Source: a virus (taxonomy: Duplodnaviria > Caudoviricetes). From it: 24,415 nucleotides of DNA. The notes beneath the pieces are model-generated. The model saw only the letters and a program-made list of their open reading frames with translations, did no database searches and was not told the origin of the DNA. Below are positions 7,046 to 18,560 of this stretch, in pieces. Made by a program: the position numbers and the translations under genes. The DNA is taken from positions 1 to 24,415 of IMG/VR virus record IMGVR_UViG_3300025646_000356; one strand, 5' to 3'. Within the stretch, counting starts at the first letter, position 1, and the number at the start of each line of letters is the position of its first letter.

Positions 7046-10000
7046 AATAAACGACAATTTTTTTATTTCAAATAAAGGCGCAAGAATAGTTCAGAGCCTT
7101 GGAAACAATCTACCTGGAACTCGGACCAGTATTTACTGGAGCTATAACAGATAGTATAATACAAAATGTTTATGGTAGTTCTGAAGAGTTTCTTAAATCT
7201 TATGAAATATTTCAAAGAGACTACATACAGGCATTATCGACTGATCTAGATGCCGCCAAAGCTTCTGGCTTAGATGTAGACATGTTGAGAAGGGGAACAA
7301 AAATAGATTTGTCCGTTTTAAGATCGGAAGCAAGAGAAAGACTTTCTAAAAGATATAGAGACGATGTTTTAAGACTGCCCAAACTATTCAATGAGATAGG
7401 ATTACCAAATGTTAGCCTGCCATCCTCTAACCTCTATAGAGAGTTGTTTAGATATCAGATTGAAGCAGGGTACGATCACTCAGCAGCAGTTTTGCTAAAT
7501 AGAACTCTTTTAAATGTTGATCCAAACAAAATGGGTTATGACGCCTTCAATGTTGGTATATCTAATTTAACTGGTGCTCGTCAACTAAAGCAAACCTCAA
7601 CAAAAAGCTTGCAAGAGCTATTTCAAGGAAAAAGAGTATTTACATTTGACGTAGAAACTACAGGAGTATTTCAAGGCGCACAAACAAGATCAATGGCAAT
7701 AGCAGAAATGTCTCCAACTGGAAAAATCAGCCTTTTAGACGAAACAGTTTCCTTTGCGTCTAAGCAGTTGACTGGAATTAATGTAGGTTCTCAAACTGGA
7801 GCAACTAGATCTCTAACGGAAATGTTATTTGAAGGCAGAAAAATTACCGAATATGGAGTTGGCGGAGATGAATTTTTAGATGCAGGAGCAAAGTTTATAA
7901 GTAGGTTAACAGAAGCTGATATTGTGGCTGGTCACAATGTTCTGTTTGACATATTTTCTTTGTTTGGAACAATGAAAAATATGCCAGGCTATGAAAAACA
8001 CCAAGCAGCGCAAAAAGCAATTTCAGCTTTTAACGATAAATGGTCAAAAAACGAAGATTTTGTCGTAGACACCTTGGAGTATGCTAGAACGTATTTAAAC
8101 CAAAAAATTCAATCAAAAATAGATATGTCGCTTCCAAATGACATGCAACTCAGTAGATTTAGAGATTTATTATTTTCAGAAGATTTTATGTCAAGAATAC
8201 ACCTTGGTGGTTCAACGGCAACAGCTTCTATGGAAGCTATTGCAGCTAATACCAACTTATTACAGTTAATTGAAGCAGAGTCAAAATCAGACGATACAGC
8301 AAAACAATTAATGGAAATGTTGTACAAAGGAACTCACATAGAAGATACTGACGCAACTCTACAAAGCTACATGGCCAAATTTATTCAAAGCGGACAATTA
8401 GATGTAATGGACACAATGGCAAGAAGCAATTTGAGTCCACAAGTAAAAGAAATTCAAAGAGTTATTATGGCTTCTTCTGCAACAACAATAACAACAAACA
8501 TTGCAGATATAAATCATTTAACAAAAACAGCTAGAGCATATATAGAAACAGAAGAAGCATTAAAGGGAATCACCTTAAGAGTTAATGATCAAGGAATGGA
8601 AGGAATACTAAAATATAATAGATCAGAAGAAAAATTTCAATTAACTAACGCAGGAGCATCCTCTGACATTCCTGATGATGTAGCTCAAAGAATGATTAGA
8701 GAAGCAATTGGTGGAGATTCTAAGAAAATAATGGATCTTGGAATTAATTATATGCAAAACCATCAAATGGATGAAATCAATAATCTCATGGTCGCGGCAG
8801 CAAAGAAAGCAGACAAAATAGAGAAAACAGCTGTTTTAAATTCAATTGGCAAAACATACTCAACTCTTTCTGGATCAGTTGGCTTTAGAGATGCAATAGA
8901 GATAAGTAGAGGAAGAATGCCAGCTGTTTCGTCTTTTGGTATTGGCGCAGAAAATTATGCTAACATAAACGATTACAATAGGGCAATGATAGAGCTAGCC
9001 AATGCTAGAGCAGCAATGGGAAATCCCTTTTATATGCTAGATGCAAATAGCTTAAAAGTTAGCACAATAATGGCTGAGTCAACTGGAGATTACAGTAAAA
9101 ACATTTTAGATAAATTAAATAATATGGTTCAATCTGGCCAATATGAAGGTAGCGAATTAGAAAAACTAAGAGGCCAAATTGATTCCCTTAAATACGTTGA
9201 CTACAAAGATATAATACCCGAAGTTGGAGTGTCTCATTTTTTGGGCGAAAAAGGATTTAGAGTAATGCAATCGGAAGGTATGTTAAGGGAAAAAATATTT
9301 GCACCTTTAGATGTAATGGAAAAAGCAGCAGGAGACGATTTTCTAAAGGGAAGAGTTTCTCTCAGCTATGCGGTAAATAAACAAGGGCAATCATACATGA
9401 ACGCCGTCTATAGGGCATCTGACGAAACTACTAAGGCTCAAGCTAGATTAATGGCAGAAAAGATGTTAGATCTAGCAGAAGAAAAAGCTTCTGTAGTAGG
9501 TGGCTCAAAAGCGCTTGATCAAGAAGCTACAAAAGCCGCCCACAGCGCCCTGGAAATGGTTACAGCTTTTAGAGGCGCAAAAAATAGAGATGAATTACTA
9601 GATGAATTAGCAGACAAAATATTAAATCGAGGAATAGTTATAGGTTCAATAGAGGGTGAAGCAGCAGAAAGGGCTCACAGATCTTTAGTAAATGTTGGAG
9701 TAGATTTATCTAATGATATGGCCGCTGGAAGATACTCAGCAAGAATAGCGGATACTCTTGGTGATGGATACGGCTTTAGATTAGCTCCATTAGTAGAGGA
9801 TGTTGCAAGAAGAGGTTCAGGACATGCAACAAGAATAGACGAAGCTAGTCAGGAAGTAATTAGATTCTTAAATGAATTGGCGACCTCAATTAGAGAAAAT
9901 AAAATTGATAAACAATTAAGAACGCAAGTATCTAGATCTAGACTTGGAATGACACCAAATAGTATGGTTGATTTCTATTTACAGCACAAAACCAAGATAG

Positions 10001-10281
10001 GACTAGGTGGATTGGGTCTAGTTGCCGCTGGAGCAGCTTACTATATGTCTAAGAAATATAGAGAAAATAAAATATATGATGAAACAATTAAAGCTCAGCC
10101 AACTGAAAGATTTGCTAGAAATCAAGGTCTTTCGGATCAAATGGAGCTTCAGGCTTCTATATCTTCATTTAGAAGAGATCCATTAGCAACAGCTGGAGTT
10201 GTTGGAAATTTAGATAGAAATAAAATAGGACATCATAGAATGGGCAATGACAAGTACAACCATCTGTATGCAGGAGTCTAA
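7038..10281 (+). CDS. Large putative virion/ejection protein (1080 aa) with DEDDh exonuclease-like domain and C-terminal hydrophobic helix; requires a +1 shift at CGGA (7122-7125)
   Basis: ATG 7038 overlaps the previous gene end: MVKINDNFFISNKGARIVQSLGNNLPGT, then CGG-A at codon 29, joining G-PVFTGAITD of ORF 7099..10281. Motifs FTFDVETTG, VAGHNVLFD, VDTL, THIEDTD; C-terminal IGLGGLGLVAAGAAYYM. Confidence 0.8.
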
Positions 10282-10283
10282 TA

Positions 10284-10808
10284 GTGCTTAAGGTAGGAAT
10301 TCCGTTAGCTTTAGGGGCAGGACTTTTAGGTATGTCTCAGGGCGTAGGCTCATCAATTAGAGAAGGCATGATGGAAACAGCATTTGGCGATCCGAATGCA
10401 GACGCAGCATTTTTGGGTAGAAATGTATCTGCAAGATTTTTGCTTGGTTCAGCAATGGGAGGACCGTTAGGAAATATAATGCAGTATTCTGCTCCCAGCG
10501 ATAAGCTTATGGTCAGTCCAGTAAGACCAACAGCTGGCAGTACTTTTGCGGGAGGAGCCATTGGTGGCACACTAGGGGCTGTGATTGGTGGCCAAATAGG
10601 AGGCGTTAGGGCTGGAATAGCTGGTGGAATATTGGGAGCAATAGGTGGAGGCGTAGTTGCACCAGCCGGATACACAATGGGACATATAAACAGAAATTCA
10701 GAATTTTATTCAAGAAGCCCGTATAGAAGTTCTAGACAATTAGCAGAAGAACTAAACGCTTCTGGAAATATTGTTTTAGGTATGCACAACTCAAGAGGCG
10801 GAATTTAG
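10284..10808 (+). CDS. Glycine-zipper membrane-type protein (174 aa), putative virion protein
   Basis: GGAIGGTLGAVIGGQIGGVRAGIAGGILGAIGGG glycine zipper; hydrophobic N-terminus; AGGAG upstream. Confidence 0.75.
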   Translation: MLKVGIPLALGAGLLGMSQGVGSSIREGMMETAFGDPNADAAFLGRNVSARFLLGSAMGGPLGNIMQYSAPSDKLMVSPVRPTAGSTFAGGAIGGTLGAVIGGQIGGVRAGIAGGILGAIGGGVVAPAGYTMGHINRNSEFYSRSPYRSSRQLAEELNASGNIVLGMHNSRGGI

Positions 10809-12199
10809 TGGCGCTTAATTACGGAAACTCTATAGCTAGCTACGCTGAGCCTGATGCTCCATTGGCAATGAGGATGATGGAAAATCTTCCTGGAATAACG
10901 GCATCAGTTGGCTTTAGTTCAATGAGAGGTGCTAATACACTTATTCGTGGTGGATTTTTCGACGATGCTACTCGCTTCGCCAACTCAAGAGCAAGGTTTG
11001 GAGTTTTTCAAGGAGGCTCACTAACCCCTACCGCAGCAACGGGTAAATCATTTTTGTTTCAAGGCCCATTTAAAGATCTGTATACAAGACGAGATCCATT
11101 CTTAAAACCTTCTAGATTAAATAATATTACAATGCGACCAAGAGCCATATCTAGAATGCACTCACTGTCTGTATTTACGGCTTCAGAAGGAAGCGGTCTT
11201 TATACCTTTGCTCAAGGGCACAGACTGCTTAATAAACTTCCAATGAAATCACTAAGAGCGGCAGTTGGAGTTGAGGAAGGGGCTAATCTTTTTGGTCCGG
11301 GTTTAATATCATCAATAGCAGCTGGAACAAAACTAGACAGGATGGCTGCAAGTGGAAAACTGTCTTTAGCAGGAATAGATCAACTTAGTCTAAATGTTCA
11401 AAGATTAGCTACCGCCAATAATCCAGCCTTATTACAAAAAGTTGGTGCAGTGTCATATCAAGAGGCTGTAGGTATGACAGCACGTGCAAGAGGTGGTTTA
11501 TCTGCAACTCAATATGCAGCTAGGAATATTGGAACATCTACTTTTGAAACAAGTATGGCAGCAATAAGGGCTGGTGGAGAAGGCGCAAGAGGTGTTGCAG
11601 GAAACTTAATGGCTTCTTCTATGGCTGGAGCTGGAACTCAATATCTTGCTGGATATTTTAGAGGAGCTCAAGGATTTGCTGAGGCAGCCGGGTTGCAAGG
11701 TAAAGCTTTAACTGGAGCGCAAAAAGCATTTTCACACATGGTATCCGCACTTGGAACCGAAGGCATAGCTGGTCGAGCAGGAACAAAATTTGTAGGAGAG
11801 GCTGGTGCAAAAGCTCTCTTAGAAGGCAGCGTGCTAAAGCAACTTGGCACTAAAGGAACCTTTAAGGCATTAAGCACAGGAACTGGAGCTAGAGTTTTAG
11901 GAGCTAGGGCAGCAGCACTAGCTATCCCCGGCCTACAAGTTGTTGCCGCAGCATCTCTTATGTATGATCTTGGTAGAATGGGTGGAGAAGTAATTAAAAG
12001 CGGGATCAACTTAGCAAGAGATGCATCTGTATCATTACAGGGCTCAATTAATAAACCAATGTTTGGAATGGGGTACAGGGATACTGAGCTAGCAGCAACA
12101 TCCAGAGCCAGAGGTGTAATGGCCATTCAAAACTCAAGATTAAATGCCCGAAGCGCTCTTGGCTCAGAAGCCGCTATGATGGCAGCACATTTTGGATAA
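10808..12199 (+). CDS. Ala/Gly-rich putative virion (ejection or tape-measure-like) protein (463 aa)
   Basis: Long ORF coupled to the previous stop; Ala/Gly-rich and basic, with hydrophobic segment AAALAIPGLQVVAAASLMY. Confidence 0.75.
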   Translation: MALNYGNSIASYAEPDAPLAMRMMENLPGITASVGFSSMRGANTLIRGGFFDDATRFANSRARFGVFQGGSLTPTAATGKSFLFQGPFKDLYTRRDPFLKPSRLNNITMRPRAISRMHSLSVFTASEGSGLYTFAQGHRLLNKLPMKSLRAAVGVEEGANLFGPGLISSIAAGTKLDRMAASGKLSLAGIDQLSLNVQRLATANNPALLQKVGAVSYQEAVGMTARARGGLSATQYAARNIGTSTFETSMAAIRAGGEGARGVAGNLMASSMAGAGTQYLAGYFRGAQGFAEAAGLQGKALTGAQKAFSHMVSALGTEGIAGRAGTKFVGEAGAKALLEGSVLKQLGTKGTFKALSTGTGARVLGARAAALAIPGLQVVAAASLMYDLGRMGGEVIKSGINLARDASVSLQGSINKPMFGMGYRDTELAATSRARGVMAIQNSRLNARSALGSEAAMMAAHFG

Positions 12200-12204
12200 T
12201 ATTT

Positions 12205-14052
12205 ATGAATAAAACAGAATCATTCAGAGCTTCATTAGAAAAGTTATCAAGAGAAGACCTACTTGAGATTATAAAATCTCAAGACATCGAACTAATCAAA
12301 CAAATTAATAGAATTGAATGGGTGTTTGAAAATAAACTAGGTCACATAAACTGGAGTAGTGGCGAACCAGTTTTGGGAAGAAATCTTACAAACAAAGAGT
12401 TAGCTTATCTAATAGATGAGCCATTTGAAATAGATAAAGAACTTTTAGATGTAGGAATAAGCGCCGAACAACAAAGGCAAATTCATATAGCCAAAGATCC
12501 AGTTGTTTGGGCAAGGCATTTTCTACAAGCTCAGCCAAGAGCATATCAAATACTTATATTAAGAGATCCATCTTTAAGAAAAGTTTTAAGAGCTGGTCGT
12601 CGTTTAGGAAAAACATTTACGCTAGCAATCAATCTGCTTCACTATAGTTATACAAGAAAAGATGGACGCTGTTTGGTTGTTGCGCCAATGAAAACTCAGG
12701 TAGAACTTATCTACCAAGAAATATTAAGAATAGCCTCTAAGAATGAAATTGTTTTCAATTCAATAACTCGTAAAGTTACCAGTCCTCAATTCATGATGGA
12801 ATTTTCAAATGGATCAACAATTAGATTCTTTACGTCAGGAATGAGATCGGGCGGCAAGTCAGACGTAGCTCGTGGTCAAGAAGCACATCTTATTATCTTA
12901 GACGAAATGGATTACATGCACTCTGGAGACCTAGATGCCTTGTACGCAATGCTGCAGAAAACCGCAGAAGATCAACCAGATAAAGTTCTGATAGGAGCTT
13001 CTACTCCTACTGGTAGAAGAGAAAAATTTTGGGAATGGTGCAATAGCAATAGATTTAAAGAGTTTTGGTTTCCTAGCTATGTAAACCCATTTTTTTCAAA
13101 AGATCAAGAAGATGAATTCAGAGAACAATACTCCGAAGTTGGATATAGACATGAAATTGAAGCAGACTGGGGCGAAGACTCTGAAGGAGTGTATCCAAGA
13201 AAATATGTTGATTTAGCTTTCGTTTCTCCGGCGTGGAAATATGAGCCATCAGTAAACTCAGCAAGATCTTTTTACACGATAGGTGTTGACTGGGATAAGT
13301 ATGGAGCAGGAACAAACATAGTTGTTTTAGAAGTTTGTGGAAACGACTACGAAGATGAAAGATTTAAAAACAAAATTAAACTATGCTACAGAGAAGAAAT
13401 AGATAAATCAGAATATACTCTAACAAAAGCAGTAGACAGAATCGTAGAGCTAAATAGGATTTTTAACCCAAAACACATCTATGTTGACAGAGGATTTGGA
13501 GAAGTTCAAGTAGAGCTTCTTCATAAAAAGGGAATAGAAGACGAAAGATCTGGATTAAAGAACAAGGTAAAAGGAATTTCGTTTGCCGAAACAATAGATG
13601 TTAGAGATCCATATACTCAGCTTCCAATTAAAAAAGAAATGAAACCATTTATGGTTGACAATCTTAGGCAATATTTAGAAAAAGAAAGATTGCAATTTCC
13701 AGAAACAGACGAAGAACTATATTTACAACTTATTTCATATATTGTAGTTAGAACAACCCAAACCGGTAGACCAGTTTTTGAAGCTGGTGGCTCTGCAATG
13801 GATCACGCCCATGATGCACTTATGCTAGCCCTACTTGCTATAACACAAAACTATGGCGATCTTATGAAAACATCTTTTACAACAAAAACTCAAACTTTTT
13901 CGAATACATTTTTCATGCCGCAGCAATCAACAAAAGAAGAAGATAATAAATCTGAGTCAAGTATAGTTCAAACTGGAAGAGCAGATATATTTAGGGCAGC
14001 AAAGTTTTCCAGAAAAAGAACTCCTAATACGTTCAAAAGAAAAAGTTTTTAG
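12205..14052 (+). CDS. terL: Terminase large subunit
   Basis: Walker A RAGRRLGKT, Walker B LIILDE, coupling motif ASTP, and RNase H-like nuclease motifs IGVDW, YVDRG, DHAHDALML. Confidence 0.93.
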   Translation: MNKTESFRASLEKLSREDLLEIIKSQDIELIKQINRIEWVFENKLGHINWSSGEPVLGRNLTNKELAYLIDEPFEIDKELLDVGISAEQQRQIHIAKDPVVWARHFLQAQPRAYQILILRDPSLRKVLRAGRRLGKTFTLAINLLHYSYTRKDGRCLVVAPMKTQVELIYQEILRIASKNEIVFNSITRKVTSPQFMMEFSNGSTIRFFTSGMRSGGKSDVARGQEAHLIILDEMDYMHSGDLDALYAMLQKTAEDQPDKVLIGASTPTGRREKFWEWCNSNRFKEFWFPSYVNPFFSKDQEDEFREQYSEVGYRHEIEADWGEDSEGVYPRKYVDLAFVSPAWKYEPSVNSARSFYTIGVDWDKYGAGTNIVVLEVCGNDYEDERFKNKIKLCYREEIDKSEYTLTKAVDRIVELNRIFNPKHIYVDRGFGEVQVELLHKKGIEDERSGLKNKVKGISFAETIDVRDPYTQLPIKKEMKPFMVDNLRQYLEKERLQFPETDEELYLQLISYIVVRTTQTGRPVFEAGGSAMDHAHDALMLALLAITQNYGDLMKTSFTTKTQTFSNTFFMPQQSTKEEDNKSESSIVQTGRADIFRAAKFSRKRTPNTFKRKSF

Positions 14053-14059
14053 GTAATTT

Positions 14060-15625
14060 ATGTCTATAAATAATTTAGAAAGCGTAACTCAAGCTAGCGA
14101 TAAATTCTACGACGCTGAAAAAACGGACGTTTCTTTCTTTGATGATAATCCGCCAATCAATTCAATGTCACAAGAGTATCATGGGATCCTGCCATACAAA
14201 ACAGACTATGCCCTAAGGCCAGACTATTTTATTCCATTAGAATCTGTAAAAAGCGGAATATTGCAAACGTACTCTTTTATTACCGAAGTAAAGTCAGACC
14301 TAGAGCTTCTTCTGTCTAATGTTTATATAAAAAGTTCTCTTAATCCAAACCTAGAAGAATCGCATAAAAAACTTTGGGAAGAATTAAAGAGATATAATCA
14401 AGTAAAAGAACCAGCAGCAGATTATGTATCTTTTAGCGAATATTTATACGCTGAAAGATCACTTTCAACTAGCTGCAGAAGATTACTTGAAGAATATCAT
14501 AGAGCTATTTCTCAAACTTCGTTTTCGTATCTCTATGATTTAAGAAGTCTTTTATCATTTATGCTAAACGAGGCAATATGTATAAAAGATATTTTATTAT
14601 ATAAATTTGGGGAGGATTATGAAGATGATTCGCAAAAACAAGTGGCAACAGAATTTGATGCGTGGTCCAAAATTGCGTCCCAATTCGCGCAACGCATTAG
14701 GGAGACGATCATCTCATCGCCAGGAGAGATCCCACTTACCGAATTGGATAAGATTACAAAAAAACAAGCAGTTGAGTTCCAAGCGTTTTTTTCAATTAGA
14801 TTAAATGCAATTCATGAAGAAATATCAAATATATTAAATTCTTTGAAAAGAGATTATGTAGATAATTGCGATGTTTTTTATGAAAGATATCTTGTTCAAG
14901 CTCTTCAATTTAAAAAAGATATTGTTTCTTCAATGGAGGTTGATTTTTATACAACTTCTCTTTCAAAAGAGCTTCCCTTTTTAACAGATGAATTACTCAT
15001 AGCAACGAACGTAATCAACGCCAACTTCGGAATGGTCTTGAGCGATCTAGTTCAAAGAAATCAGATAATAAATTCAAATGCAGATAATCTATTTAAATTG
15101 GTTGCAACTAAAAGAAGATACGCAAACTATTTGTATCAACTTTCTTTCAAGGGTCAACCAAAACCAGTAATAATTAAGACAGTAAAAGAAGACAAATACG
15201 CATCATTCTTTGAATCTTCTTTCTACACATATAGAGATGAAAGCGATTTAATATCTAATCATGCAAGTTTAGATAATTTGCTGGAAGATCATCATCCACA
15301 GTATCTCCTTAAAGATGGGGGAATGATTACTGGAAATATATCAGTTGAGGCAAACGCAAAAATTGACGGAGTACACTTGTCAACACATTCTCATAGTGGA
15401 GCAGATGGATCCGAAAAAATAAAAGCTTCAGATATAGATTATTCTTCAGTAAAAGAAGATTCTGCCGTTATACCAAATAAACCATCAGCAATTTCTGTTT
15501 CTCAATATACTACCGATATTATTGATGGAGGCGTGCCAGTAATAGATGCTATAATTGACATAGAGGTAGACGACTCAGTCGTAGATCAAAGTCACGAGAT
15601 AATTATTCAAGTTATAGAGATATAA
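14060..15625 (+). CDS. Putative virion structural protein (521 aa)
   Basis: Helical N-terminal region; C-terminal HASLDNLLEDHHPQYL and GVHLSTHSHSG His motifs of the kind seen in trimeric tail/spike proteins. Confidence 0.7.
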   Translation: MSINNLESVTQASDKFYDAEKTDVSFFDDNPPINSMSQEYHGILPYKTDYALRPDYFIPLESVKSGILQTYSFITEVKSDLELLLSNVYIKSSLNPNLEESHKKLWEELKRYNQVKEPAADYVSFSEYLYAERSLSTSCRRLLEEYHRAISQTSFSYLYDLRSLLSFMLNEAICIKDILLYKFGEDYEDDSQKQVATEFDAWSKIASQFAQRIRETIISSPGEIPLTELDKITKKQAVEFQAFFSIRLNAIHEEISNILNSLKRDYVDNCDVFYERYLVQALQFKKDIVSSMEVDFYTTSLSKELPFLTDELLIATNVINANFGMVLSDLVQRNQIINSNADNLFKLVATKRRYANYLYQLSFKGQPKPVIIKTVKEDKYASFFESSFYTYRDESDLISNHASLDNLLEDHHPQYLLKDGGMITGNISVEANAKIDGVHLSTHSHSGADGSEKIKASDIDYSSVKEDSAVIPNKPSAISVSQYTTDIIDGGVPVIDAIIDIEVDDSVVDQSHEIIIQVIEI

Positions 15626-15627
15626 TC

Positions 15628-16587
15628 ATGACATGGTTTAGGTACTTACCATCAACTGCTAGTCCATCTGAGTCTATTCAAGATGAGAGCTACGTTTATC
15701 CTATTCTGAAAAGAGAAATAGCAATACCTACTTTAAATCAAGATATACCAAAAGATTCTTGGCTTTTTGTAGATGTTAATAATTTAAATATTGATGATTT
15801 TATTGATAACTCTTTAGTTACTCAGACTGAAATGAATTCATATTTGGTTGTTTATGAATCTCAATCAAATGATGATTATAATTTTACTCCAGTTAAATCT
15901 CATATTATAAACAATAGATTGTTTTTTCAAACAGCAGAACTTCATGAAAAAGATGTTGAAATTACAAAACAATATAGCTTATATTATAAAACAGAAAATA
16001 TAAAATATATTAAAAAAGTTCAGAATGGAAACTATTTAGATTATATATCTTGTCCAGAAGAAGAATCTGAATTTGTAACGCAAGAGTCTGATGTAGATCA
16101 AACTTCATTTAATGTATATCCATCAACTGAACAAACATATGCTTTTTCTTTTACTAATTTAGATGTAGACTGGAAAGATGGAGTTTCTTTAATTCCAGGA
16201 GCAAAAGCAATTGGATTATTTACTGGTCCTTTTATTGAGCTCTATTGTGACAAAGGTCCAGACTTAGGTAAACTAGAAATAAGAATAATTAGCTTTGGCA
16301 GTGAGGCAACTCCAACGCCAATAGTCGAGCAAGACTGGACTATAATAGACCTTTATAATTCTGAAAAACAAAATTCTCAAATGGTTTTTAATAAAACTGA
16401 TTTATATTACAAAACATATGTTTTTGAAATTAAATCAAACTTTGAGAAAAATGAATTATCATCAAATGGAAAGATCAAAGTAAATTATTATTCTTACGCC
16501 TACGACGCTAAATGCACGACTGAAGAAGAACAAATAAGTCCTTATATTTTTGGTAGAACATTTTCTGGAGGTAATCTAAATGGCTAA
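15628..16587 (+). CDS. Putative virion structural protein (319 aa), beta-rich C-terminal domain
   Basis: Operon-coupled ORF; FTGPFIELYCDKGPDLGKLEIRI resembles beta-sandwich modules of tail proteins. Confidence 0.7.
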   Translation: MTWFRYLPSTASPSESIQDESYVYPILKREIAIPTLNQDIPKDSWLFVDVNNLNIDDFIDNSLVTQTEMNSYLVVYESQSNDDYNFTPVKSHIINNRLFFQTAELHEKDVEITKQYSLYYKTENIKYIKKVQNGNYLDYISCPEEESEFVTQESDVDQTSFNVYPSTEQTYAFSFTNLDVDWKDGVSLIPGAKAIGLFTGPFIELYCDKGPDLGKLEIRIISFGSEATPTPIVEQDWTIIDLYNSEKQNSQMVFNKTDLYYKTYVFEIKSNFEKNELSSNGKIKVNYYSYAYDAKCTTEEEQISPYIFGRTFSGGNLNG

Positions 16588-18560
16588 AATTATTAGAAAA
16601 ATAGAAAACCTTAAACCACGGAAAAAACTACATTGTTACAGCTAAGGTAAAAAATTCAGACATAAATGTAGAATCTGAAAGCGCAAACGCAATAAGAATA
16701 TCTGTTCCGGTAGATCAAACAATTCCAGATTACCCCTTGAATCTTGCTTTATACGCATTCTTTGAACAAGTCATGTTTGTATTTGACAACGTGTTAGAAA
16801 AAGATGTTATATCATATGAATATGAGTTATATAATTCAGATCAAATTACAGGATCATTTCCAAACTATTCTTTGATAGCAGATCCCACCATTTATTTGTC
16901 TGGACAGTCTGGCTCCAATGTTTTCTCAATTGCCGTAGAAAATAGCACTGATGTAGCCAATATCAGATACTACGGAAGAGTTAGAACAAAAGATACTAGC
17001 AATAACTATAGCTCTTGGTCTCCGCTAGTCAGAACGGATCAGGACAGTCCATTGATTGGGGATCAGTATCTATCAAGTATAACGGCTGCAAAAATAACAG
17101 CTGGAACAATAGGTGCCCACGAAGTAATTCTTTCTCAAGCAGGTCCTCAATCAAACTTTGCAGCTCCAGCAAACATGGCAGTCTTAAGATCTTCTGATTA
17201 TGACGGAACTTATGATGCTAACACAACTACCTGGACAACAGGAACAGATGGTTGGATAATAGCAGGCGATGGATATGCAGAGTTCTCATCGGCTTCAATT
17301 AGAGGTGGACTAAAAGCAGAATCAGTATATATAAATGCTGACAACCGCTGGAGAAGAAATGATACTGACACAGCTGTATCAGATCAATTCAAAGTTGGAT
17401 CATCTACTAAGTATTTGTATTTTGATGGAACAAATCTTACTTTTACTGGAAATCTTTCTGCGGCTGGGGGAACTTTTTCTGGAAATCTTTCTGCGGCTGG
17501 GGGAACTTTTTCTGGCGATCTTTCTGCGGCTGGGGGAACTTTCAGTGGAGCTTTAAGTGGAGGAACTATAGACATTGGGGGATCAGACGCCACTTCTTTT
17601 CATGTCGATTCGACAGGAAACATGTGGTTGGGAGCGTCAACATACGCCGCGGCACCGTTTAAGGTAAACAGTGCGGGAGACTTTAGCGCCACATCTGGAA
17701 GCATTTCTGGAGACTTGATTTCTGGCGGCACTATTTCCGGAACGTCAATCGATATAAATGGCGGAACATTTAAAGTCACTTCTAGTGGAGCCTTAACGGC
17801 AACAAATGCGGAGATAACAGGAGAAATAAACGCAACTTCAGGTTCTATTTCTGGAGACTTGCTCGTTGGTGGCACAATAAATTCAACTGATATTAATGGA
17901 GTTAATATTACCGGTGTAAGTATTAGTGGATCTTCACTTCAAGTTGGAGGCAGAATTTTATTACCAATAGATGGAGGTCAAATTTTACTTGGCACAGATG
18001 CAGGTGGTACTGCAACCCAGTGTTATATATTTGCTGGTGGTTCGCAAGGTCTTTTTATTGACACAAGTAATGTTGGTAGCATGTGGATTGCTGGCCAGTC
18101 ACTATTTGTAAATTTAAATCAGTTTACATCGGCAAGACAGATAATCGGTCTTACAACATTTGGCGGTTCTGGGACTCCACTCTCAGTTCTAAATGGAGAA
18201 GTTATTAGGCAGACATCTAAAAGAGAATTAAAAGAAAATATACAAGATTTTAATAATATTTCATTAATTGATAAACTTAAACCAAGAACATTTAATTGGA
18301 AACACAATCCTGCGCTATTTAGAGAAGAATCCCATGAAGAAAAATTGCGAAGAGAGTCTTCCACTGATATTGGATTTATAGCAGAAGAGGTTGAAGAAGC
18401 AAGCGACGGTATGCTTTCAATTTATAATTATGAAGAGAACGGTGATGGCGAAGTCACGATGTATAAACATCTTGATATATTGGCATTGAGCGTTGCGAAT
18501 ATTCAAGATCTTCGCAGAAGAATTAGGGTGTTGGAGCAACAATTGGGATATAATAGTTAA
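16580..18560 (+). CDS. Tail fiber/spike-like protein (659 aa) with FN3-like N-terminus and C-terminal Peptidase_S74 intramolecular chaperone; requires a +1 shift at CGGA (16619-16622)
   Basis: SD GGAGG (16567-16571) and ATG 16580: MAKIIRKIENLKP-(C)GGA-KNYIVTAKV restores an FN3-like NLKPGKNY motif and joins ORF 16737..18560 without stops. C-terminal TSKRELKENI...LKPRTFNWK...IGFIAEEV followed by a coiled coil. Confidence 0.85.
17439..17542 (+). repeat. Three tandem 33-bp repeats encoding TFSG(N/D)LSAAGG
   Basis: ctggaaatctttctgcggctgggggaacttttt units start at 17446, 17479 and 17512 and are near-identical at the DNA level. Confidence 0.92.

Noticed and set aside
10337-12126. Minus-strand ORFs 10337..10675 and 11668..12126
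   Set aside because: Pro/Ala-rich antisense shadows of Gly/Ala-rich plus-strand genes.
17439-17542. Possible CRISPR array
   Set aside because: The repeats are contiguous with no spacers and are in frame within a coding sequence.
17015-18364. Short alternative-frame and antisense ORFs inside the tail fiber gene
   Set aside because: By-products of repetitive Gly/Ser/Thr codons; no SD or recognisable motifs.
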